Positions 54,509-64,000 of a DNA stretch of 64,000 bases are shown piece after piece. Each line of letters begins with the position of its first letter. Positions within the stretch are counted from its first letter, which is position 1. Source of the stretch: Paraspadella gotoi. Taxonomy: Eukaryota; Animalia; Chaetognatha. The stretch is from positions 16,490,710 through 16,554,709 of the forward strand of contig CM119270.1 in NCBI GenBank assembly GCA_051294375.1, read 5' to 3'. The position numbers were made by a program, and so were the translations under genes. The notes below the pieces were generated by a model, which ran no database searches, was not told the origin of the DNA, and worked only from the letters and a program-made list of their open reading frames with translations.

Positions 54509-55056
54509 TGTTTGGCTAAGTTTGTCTTCATGTGTTTTCATTGTGAGCAAAGCATCGAAGCTTGATCGCATTACTTAGTGATAAGTTGTAAGCAAAACGA
54601 AAATTTAGCCTTTAGATTTGTACTAGTTTCTAATAATGCGTGACAAACAAAAGTTTAAATCTTAATGACTTTTGTTTCTATATTCCGTATATTCCCGTCA
54701 GAGAGCAGGCCTCGAGTCGAATTATTTTTTTCGTCTGAAACAAAAAACTTTACGAGAATCATGTGACGTTGACTTGTTATCCAGATTTTAGTAAAAAGTG
54801 ACATCATTGCTCCGATAATCAGCAACACTCGTGCAACATGACCGATTGAATCATTAAATAAGTGTGAATATCGCGAGTTGTGAAATTCCTTAACAAAAAG
54901 TCATTCGTAATAAGAGAAAAAGAAAGAAAGAAATACTAATACGAAATATGAAAACACTTGTAACGGTTACAATGCCTTCTCTCCTTCAGTATCGTAAATT
55001 ACCGATAAAATTAATCAAAAAATAAGCAATACTGCCGTACATAAACCGACTCAAAA

Positions 55057-57740
55057 ATGCAAGATTGCCACGTCGGAATGTCTCACGGACCCGACACGAC
55101 CCGAGATGCTGAATTCTCCAGCCTCGAACTCTTAGAATCAGATTGGATTTGCGTCAAGACCGGAATCTTCGTCAAAGAGACTTCGTCCGCTCGAAGATTC
55201 GCCGACTTCTCTTCGGCCGCTGGCGTCAACGAAATGTTCGCCGCCAAGAAGCGGAAGGACGCGCGTTCGGGACCCAGGCTCAAATTTTTTTGCGCGTGGA
55301 ACGGAGCGGAGAGGGCGTTGGCGGTTTCGGCGAGAGAGGGTGAGTGAGGATGTGATTAGGGTGAAGAAGATAGTCGTAGTGAGATGACCATAAGATAGTT
55401 TCTTTGTGTGTCTTTCTTCCTTTACCTTATTCTGTACCTTCTTCCTTCCTTTCTTTCCTTTGTTTCTTGATTCTTCCCCTTCTTTCTTTCATTTTCTCAC
55501 TTTTCTTCCTTGCTTTCTTTATTTTCTTTCTTTCTTTCGTTTTTGTCTCTTATTTTACTGCCTTCTTTCCTTCTTGCCTTCTTTCCTTTCTTTCGTTTTT
55601 GTCTCTTCTTTTACAGCCTTCTTTCCTTCCTGCCTTCTTTCCTTTCTTTCGTTTTTGTCTCTTCCTTTACTGCCTTCTTTCCTTCCTGCCTCCCATTCCT
55701 TTCTTTCTTTCTACCTTTTTTTTTCCCCTTCCCTTCCTTCCTTCCTTTCTTCCTTTTTTCTTTCCTCTTTTTAAATTCATTTTTCTTTCTATCCTTTAAT
55801 CTTCCCCTTGTTTTCAATTCATTCTTTTACTCACCCTCTCCTACTTTTTCCACAAGGATCGCGAACTCTGACCTCGACTCGCATCGACGAGGGTTGGACG
55901 ACGAGTTTGACTCTGAAACAGTTTCACGGATTTCGTGAGACAATTTCGCTTCTCGATCCAAAGGTGAGAGACATGCTCAGTTGCTCACTATCATTATCAA
56001 TCAATATTTATGCAATCAATTTGTAAATCAATCAGTCAAAGAATAAACGAATGAATGAATGAATGAATGAATGAATGAATGAATGAATGAGATAGGGAAC
56101 GAATGAATAAATTAATAAATGAATGAATTAATGAATGAAGGAATGAGTTAAGGAACGAATGAATAAATCAATGAATTAATGATTGAATGAAGAAATAAAT
56201 TAATGAATGAATGAATGAATGAATGAATGAATGAATAAGTAAATGAATTAATCAATCAATCAATCAATCCATACATCCCACAGCTCTCCCGCCTCCTTCC
56301 CGCCGATCTGCCACATCCCGACCCGGACTCTTCATCCTTCGGTCTGCATCTGCTCTCGCCATTTTCGGCGCCGGAAACGCAGGTGTCGGAGACGCAGTGT
56401 CGACAGGTGGAGGTCTACCTGGAATCGGCCGTCGAGAGCCTCGGCAGGGAGGTCGTCTTCTCGATGCTGTTTGCCGACGATTTCGAGCAAGGTGAGGCGA
56501 ATGTGGTGTATGGTTGGTTTGCTGAGAATCGGGTCCCATGTTGTTTGTTTATAAAATGGCGAAAAAGAATTTGAATGTGAATGTTGAATTAAACTGAATA
56601 TTTATTATTATTAATTCATTTAGTCATTAATTCATTCATTCTTTCTTTCATTCATTCATTAATTCGTTAATTTTTCATTAATTTATTTCTTTTTTCATTC
56701 ATTCGTTCATTAATTATTCATTTATTCCTTCATTCATTCATTTTTTCATTTATTCTTTCATTCATTTATTTATTGATTAATTGGTATAAATTGAATGAAA
56801 TTATTTTTTTGATAAAATGCCTTCATCTTCTCAACCACTCCGGCTCAAACCTTTAACCTCCAACTCTCTCTTCAAGTCTCCAACGACGTCTACTTCGAGT
56901 CGCTCGTCCAACACGCGACGTCGACGCTTCAGTCCGACTTGGAACGTGTCGTCGGGGAGATGGAGGCCTTGACGTGGATGCGGGACGCAGCCGTCACCAT
57001 GGTCGAGATGAGGTCATGATAATTCAATAATTTATTTATTTATTCTCTCTTTCATTTATTAATTCTTTCATTCATTTATTATGTTCGTCACGATTGCATT
57101 TTCGCATATTGGTTATCGTTTTTGTTATATTGTAATTCAGTTGTATCTTTTGTTGAACCGTAGTTCGCTTTTTCTCCACCAGGGACAACGTCTACGTCCA
57201 AGAGGACGACCTCCTTCGCCAGTTCGACGTCGTGAGAACGAGACTCTTCACGCTGATGCTGCAGCCTTTCGTCGAGTTGCGGGAGGTGGCGCTTGAAGTG
57301 TTGGAGGGAAATAAGGGTGAGTATTGAGTAAGGACGGTCGTCGATTGGAAATAAATAAATTAAAAAATATAAATAAATAAATAAGTAAGAAAATAAAAGA
57401 AAAAATTGACAAAAGACGATTTTTTATTTCCCGGATCTGCTTAATGTTCTTTTTTAAACAAAAATATCTCTCCATCCCATCTCACGATCCCAGCTCGCTT
57501 GTCGGACCCTTCGGTTGGACCGCGCGTTCGAACCGAATGCCTCATCACCGTTTCCAAATGGGAGAAAAAGCACCTGGACGCCGTCGAAAGCATCTGCCGT
57601 CTACACCTCGAGTTCCACGGAGCCATGGAGAAGGTGCTGCGTTTGATTTGCGACCGAATGGAGAAAGATTGCAAGGCATTCGGGAATAAGGTCTTCGAAA
57701 TCGCTGGGGAGGAGAGAGCGGCGAGGATGCGGACGGCCTT

Positions 57741-57835
<95 letters not shown>

Positions 57836-59412
57836 CAAAATATTTTTTATTTAAACCATTTCGACTTTTTTTTTGCAGAGGAAGAATTGCTGCAGATCGC
57901 TTACTCGAAAGTCAAGATGCAGCAAATAAAGATTTTTGGCATCAAATTCGATCTTGCCGCATCTTGCGGAAAGGTATTGTCTTTTTTCACATTAGATATT
58001 AGGTATTAGATCATTGATTTTTATCACTGTTCCGCCATCTACAGAATTGCAACGAAAATTGCGACGAATCGACGAAAACGCGAATCGAATCACATTTCGT
58101 GTCCAAAATTCGATCCGCGAATCTGCGACTCGTTAAATTGCAAGAGGAGGCGAAGGTGCAAAAGCAGAAACTTATTCAGACCGAAATTAAGGTGAAGAAA
58201 TACTGAACGTTAGTTTGCGCTGCTCCAATACGGTTTGGATATTCTTAAAAGAGTTCTAGACATTTTGACGAACTTTCATTATGTTACCAGAAAGTAATCT
58301 TGCGAGTAAAAAAATTGACAAAAAAAGTGAAAATGTCAGAGAGAAAATATTAATATAATTTTAAAACAATGTAATATTACAATAATGTTCGGATTATTCC
58401 AGATTTTGAAACGCGAAATGAAACAAGAAGCTGAAGAGGAAGACTTCGTCGATGCTGCAGAGGATCTGGACGACGACGACGACGACGACGACGACGATGA
58501 GAACGACGTCGTAAAAGCAGAAAAGAGAAGGCGCGAGAGGCGAATGAAGGAGTAAGTCACGTGACGATACATGACGCTAGTGATTGCGACCAAGTTGATT
58601 TGTATTAGAATTTATCGTGACAATGTTTTAAGAGGCGAGTCCGTGCGACTTGGTTCACTCCTTTCTTTATGAGTGAGCTAAATTATTACAATATATTACA
58701 ATATATGCATCACTGCGGCGACGACAACAACAACAACGACATCCCCACAAATTTGTTTTCAGATTATCGGAGGATCTCTCGGCCGTCACTCGCGAAATCG
58801 CCCGGATTCGATTGAAACAAAAGCGAAACGTTATCGGTGGCGCCGAAGACGCCGCCGCCCCGAGTCTCAACGCCGGCATCGTGAAAACTACCGCCGCCAC
58901 CTCCGCAAAATCTAAGAAGGAAGAAGAAAACGCCGACAAGATTAAAGACGCGAGAAAGAAAACTTTGGAGAGACTCAGAAAATATAAGGAGAAGACGAGG
59001 GGAGAAGGAGGAAGGGAGGAGAGAGGGAGGAGAGGGGAGGAGCGGAAGAGAGCTCAAGTGGGAAGCGAAGGAGGGAAAGTTGGAAGCGGAAAGGAAGCGA
59101 CGTCCGCTTCAAAGGAGCAGAATACGACGTCCGAAAACTGTCCACCTCCACCGCCACCGCCACCGCCTCCTCTTCTTCCTCCTCCTCCACCCCCTCCTCC
59201 TCTTCCTCCTCCTCCACCCCCTCCACCATCCTTCCCGCAACACAACCCCGTCCAACTTCGAAAGACTTCGAAAATCCCCGAAGTCGAAACGAAAAGTCAA
59301 AGCGGACAATTTTCACTTAACGTTTCCGGTTGGTCGAAACCTAAACATCGTTTGCAATCTTTATTGTCATTATCAATATTTTAAAAATATTATATTTTCC
59401 TTTTTCTCTGTC

Positions 59413-59486
<74 letters not shown>

Positions 59487-60587
59487 ATTTCTCCCTCCCC
59501 GCTCTCTCCCCCTTCCTCGCCGATTATTCCCTTTTTTTTTTTTCTCTTCTCCCTCTCTCCTCCAACCGTTATCCCTCTCCTGCCTACTATACCTTTCCTC
59601 CCTCTCTTCCTCTTGTCCTCTCTCTCCTTACTCCCTTTTCTCTCTCTCACTCTCTCTCTATCTTCTCTCTTTCTCCCCCTCCTCTCCCTCCTCTCTCCTC
59701 CTTCCTCCCCCCCCTCTCCTCCTCCCTTGCAGAACTCCTCGCCACCAGAAACCGTTTCGCAGCGTCGACCCTTCCTCCCCTCTTCCTCATTTCCCTCCCT
59801 CTCTTCTCCCGCCTCCTCTTCCTCCCCCCGCCTCCCTTCCTCCCCCTCACTCCAACTGGATTTCCTCGACGAGATTCGACGGGGAATCAAGTTGCGTTCG
59901 ACGAGGCGATTGGGAGGCGATGGAGCTGGGGCTGGAGAGGTGAGGCTTGGTGATGGGGTGAGGGAAGTGGGATTATGAGGGCTGGCTTGTGAGATGGCGA
60001 ATGCGTAATGTGAAATTCGGTCATAATTATTCTAACGAAATATCACGAAATTACCTATGAATGATTTAAAATATATAATAAAATAAATGTACTAAATTAT
60101 ACTGATTCTAAAAAACTGAAAAATAGTACAAATATTTAAACAGAACGTAAAACTATGACAGTTTATATTATTTACTACTTTATGCAAATGAGACTGATGT
60201 GAGATTTGTGCTAAGGTTATGGGGCCAATGCAATGGACGATTGAGAGATGAGTTTAATAACAAAAAGTAAAGTTATTAGAAGTTATCAATGGTTCAATTA
60301 GCAATATCTTGTGCTTCCATCACTATTTTCAATTAGTTTTTAAACTTTTACCTCCATCGATTCTCTTTCAGACGGCGCCCAGTGTTCGCTCCAGCTTCGG
60401 CTCCATCGCTCCAGTTCACTCCAACGCCTCGCTTCGCTCCAACGCCCCTTCTTCTCACTTCGACATTTTGAAATCGACGCTGGAGAAAATGAATCGAATT
60501 ATGACCGACGACGACGACGACAATAACGACGACAATAACGACGACGACGACGACAATAACGACGACGATGATGATGACTGGCAATGA
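55057..60587 (+). CDS. WHAMM/JMY-family actin nucleation-promoting factor, 12 exons
   Basis: Exons 55057-55339, 55857-55963, 56284-56491, 56877-57012, 57183-57316, 57494-57742, 57879-57973, 58045-58191, 58403-58551, 58763-59328, 59733-59939, 60372-60587. The N-terminal LESDWICVK...KFFCAWN..E..LAVS and CRQVEVYLESAV resemble the JMY/WHAMM N-domain. Then LQPFVELRE coiled coil, polyproline, WH2 FLDEIRRGIKLRST, connector DILKSTLEKMNRIM and acidic DDDDWQ* tail. Exon 11 has indels in a C/T-rich tract. Confidence 0.9.
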
Positions 60588-60925
60588 CGACGATCTTGAT
60601 TACTGGCAATCATGACGACGACGACCACGATGACGATATTGATAACTGGCATTGACGACGCTCTTGATGATCATGATGATGATGACGATGATGCTGATGA
60701 CTGGCAATACCGATGACGATAACGACAATTTTGATGACTGGCAATAACGAGGGATATTAAAGACAGCGTTACTTATATCGCTTTAGTTAATAACCTATTA
60801 CTACATTAGATTTGAAAACTGTGATTGGTTGGAAAATAATACATAATACTCCAATCTGATGGATATTTAGTTTTATCATCAGTAATGTTATGGAAGTTAG
60901 TATTAATAATATAATAAGCTAGACG

Positions 60926-60965
<40 letters not shown>

Positions 60966-62434
60966 TGGGTTTGATTACTTAATTAATCTTCGCCGAAACA
61001 TTAGAGCCTTTCCCCGTTGCCTTGGTAACGACGCACTAAACTCGATTACGACCACCGTTACGATCGCCGGCCGAAAGGACCTCGTGAAGTTTGGGGGGGG
61101 TGTTGGGTCGATAGGGTCTCGGCGGCCAAACTGCCGATTCCGATTGTCGGTTCATAATTTAAATGAGTCCGACTCTAAGACGTCGATTGAAAAGCCGATC
61201 CGTGGGGGGGGAATCCCTCGAATTTAAGAATTCGTCAAATGTCTCTTTCTAATCTCGCATGTCTTTAAACTTGGAAAAACATTATTACAATTCTCATTTA
61301 CTTCAATATTTGGCTTTGTTTTAAGTTTTTTTCTTAGAAATAGAAATCATTATACTGATTTCCATGTATTTTTTTAAGTATTAATGTATTATTAAAGTGT
61401 GATGGAGTGATGGAGGTCTTAAACCACCAGAGCCTGTCCAAAGTCAGGGCAAGATAGCTTATTTATGAAATCATTTTTAAATGAATAGATAATATTTATA
61501 TTGGTTGTACCAATTTCAGATATATAATGTCCCATCGTCTTATTTTTTTAATTTTTTCCTCATCCTTAATTCCTCATCCACAAAAAAAAATTAAACAATT
61601 CATCGCCGAAAAAAAATTCAAAAATTTTTTTTTTGGACCCAAAAACAAAAGACGAATCCTTTTTGGCCGAGGATTCTCTCATCTCGTCGCGTCTGAGGAG
61701 AAATGTGATCTACTTCACGGAATCTTGGCTCCGATTCTTCGTCCTAGAAATAAAAAAAAAGGGCATTTCACTACTTTTTTTTTTCTTTTTAGAAATGGAA
61801 ATGTATTTTCTTCCGCAGTGAGGCATTTTTTGGTTTCTTTGGTTACAACTGGAGAGAGCGTACGAACGGACAAGACGAAAGTCAGACTCTTGGCCGAATC
61901 GAAGTAAGAGTCATTTTTTATTGAAAATCGCCACAGTGGTGAGAAATAGCGAATCACTGTGGCATTTATCGACTATTTGGGTGTCGAATTTCAAAGCTGT
62001 ATATATCTCAGGGGGAAAGATAGTGAAAGATGAAGAGAGAGAGTATTTGTGTGAGAGAGAGGGAGAGAGAGAGAGAGTGGGGAAGGACACAGAGATATAG
62101 TGAGAGAGAAAGAAAGAGAGATCAAATGTAGTATTCATAATTCGCAATGAATATTAAAGCGTGTTAGATATACCACGTAAAATGAGTAATATTGTTGGCA
62201 CAAACTGTGTTACTAAGAAAAATTCGGTGTTATGCTGGTTAGCAGACGGTAAATAATTCTAAATTTGGATTAAAGTTTTACCCGCCAGACCAAAAGTAAT
62301 TAATATTTAGAACCAATTTTTTTTACCAGCCAGACCGTTATTAATTAATACTTTGGACCAAAGTTTTAAAATATTTTAAGACAAAAAACTCAATGGACTG
62401 AATAACAAACTCTAGTAAAAAAATCATGTGACGA

Positions 62435-62501
<67 letters not shown>

Positions 62502-62605
62502 AGAGAAGAGAAAAGAAAAAGTGAGTAGAGAGTAAGTAAAGAGACAAGAAAGAAGGAGGAAGTAAGATAGAGAGAGAAAAAAAAGAAAACGAGAGATCAC
62601 GTTAA

Positions 62606-62642
<37 letters not shown>

Positions 62643-62899
62643 CAGGAAGAGAGAGAGAGAGAGAGACAGAGAGAGAGAGAGGGAGAACTTGGACAGAGAC
62701 TCGAGCAAAGTCTGTGTGTAACGGACGAGTCCTTTTCACCGATGGATTCCACGAAGACTCAATTTTTTTTGAATAAATTGAAAAAAAAAGAAAATAATTC
62801 GGATTCGTCTTCGTCCAGGTGAGAACTTAATCATCATATCATTTATCAATGATTTGATAATATAAAATATATATATTATATTATATTAGACATTGTATA

Positions 62900-63062
62900 T
62901 TTTCTTTCTTTTTCGTTGCGTTCGAGATTAAGAAGGAAAGGCTTTTTTTTAATGTTTACAAACCATGAATTTTTAATTTCCAAAAACGGACATGCTTCGG
63001 GTCTCGTACAACCTTCTTCAGCGCGAAAAAACTCTGTTTTGGTTAACATTAAAAAAGCCTTT
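62900..63062. mobile_element. Degenerate palindromic hammerhead-bearing insertion, copy 4
   Basis: Short inverted arms at ~62937-62963 and ~63037-63062; minus-strand CUGAAGA-A-GG..CC-GAAG-CAUGUC at 62989-63021; family tail caacgaaaaagaaag on the minus strand at ~62903-62918; no clear TSD. Confidence 0.55.
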
Positions 63063-63398
63063 GCTGATATTAATACTATTTTTTAAATTAATAATAAGTT
63101 TTTGAATAAATGGCTACTATTTTATCTCAATTTGATCGTTTAATTTTGTCATGGAATATTAAAAAGTATCACCCTATCTATTCTTTTATTTATCCTAATA
63201 TTTTGCAATCACCATTTGCAAAGATACTTTGGGGCTCGATTCATTTATTCGATAAAACTAAAATCATAAGTGAAATATTCGGATTCTTGGAATTCTTATA
63301 TATAATTTAGTTTAGTTTATATTCATTGATTTATACCCGTTTTTTCACAATCAAACTTACCCTCCGCCTCACCCTTCAACAGATCCTCACCTCCCTCA

Positions 63399-63976
63399 AT
63401 GTCTTCGTCTGCTCCGGATGTCGGCGCCGAAGCCGACGCCACCTTCGTCACTTCCGGCGCGCCTCTCGGCGGATCCGGCGACGTCGCCGAGTCCGCCTTC
63501 AACTCTTCCGTCAACGGGACCAAAGGAGAAGAGGAGACGGAATTCGGTCTGTCTGTCCGTCCGTCCGTTCGTCTTTTCTTTTCGTTTGTCTTGTTTTCTG
63601 TCCGTCTGTCTGTCCTTGTATCTGTACATACGCCACTCTGTTCGACTGGCTGTCTTTCGGTCTCTCTGTTTTTTTCTTATCTTCTCCAGACTCTGCACAT
63701 CCATCTGATCGACTTTCTGTCTCTCTGTCTTTTCTTTTTGTCTGTCTGTTTGTCTCTGTGTCTGCATCGTGTGTTTGTCCTTCCAACGTTTTCCTTCTTT
63801 TATTCCTTCCTCTGATCTTTCCTTCTTTCTTTTTTCTTTCCCTTTTCTCTTTCTTTCTCTTTGTCTATCCTCACCAAAATCAGACGACCTTACCCAACAG
63901 GCGCTCACGTCGTCGGTTGGATCTTCTTATCCGTTGTTCTCCTCATCGCATCTGGGGTCATCATGGTCATTGCTTG
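63399..63976 (+). CDS. 5' part of a probable membrane protein (possibly GPCR-like), continuing past the window
   Basis: Acceptor at 63381-63382, ATG at 63399: MSSSAPDVGAEADATFVTSGAPLGGSGDVAESAFNSSVNGTKGEEETEF (sequons NSS, NGT). Exon 63884-63976 reads PYPTGAHVVGWIFLSVVLLIASGVIMVIA (TM-like) in one frame, but joining needs a 1-nt indel or an alternative donor. Likely UTR exon ends at 62818 (cag|gtgag). Confidence 0.55.
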
Positions 63977-64000
63977 GTGAGTCGTTGATGCCCAATGCAT

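Overview
Eukaryotic (invertebrate, probably arthropod) draft-assembly DNA with spliceosomal introns, many microsatellites and nine N gaps. It has four plus-strand multi-exon genes: (1) trachealess, a bHLH-PAS factor (core 23662-38045, extra 5' exons upstream); (2) a 156-aa calmodulin/troponin-C-like protein (49144-54216); (3) a WHAMM/JMY-family Arp2/3 nucleation-promoting factor (55057-60587); (4) the start of a probable membrane-protein gene (63399 onward). The first ~23.6 kb is largely a long-read gap-filling artefact: noisy fold-back copies plus an apparently identical 6.77-kb block repeated at offset 7343. The scrambled 5' end of trh can be reconstructed from it. The most interesting biological signal is a family of short palindromic insertions (39.2, 46.5, 53.7 and 62.9 kb, trace at 10.0 kb). 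They carry minimal hammerhead-ribozyme cores and a shared 3' tail, and three have 12-14 bp target-site duplications, resembling Penelope pseudo-LTRs/retrozymes. A second recurring pattern is tandem 'echo' duplication of exon 3' ends in three genes. Everything was read by eye; no alignments or searches were run.
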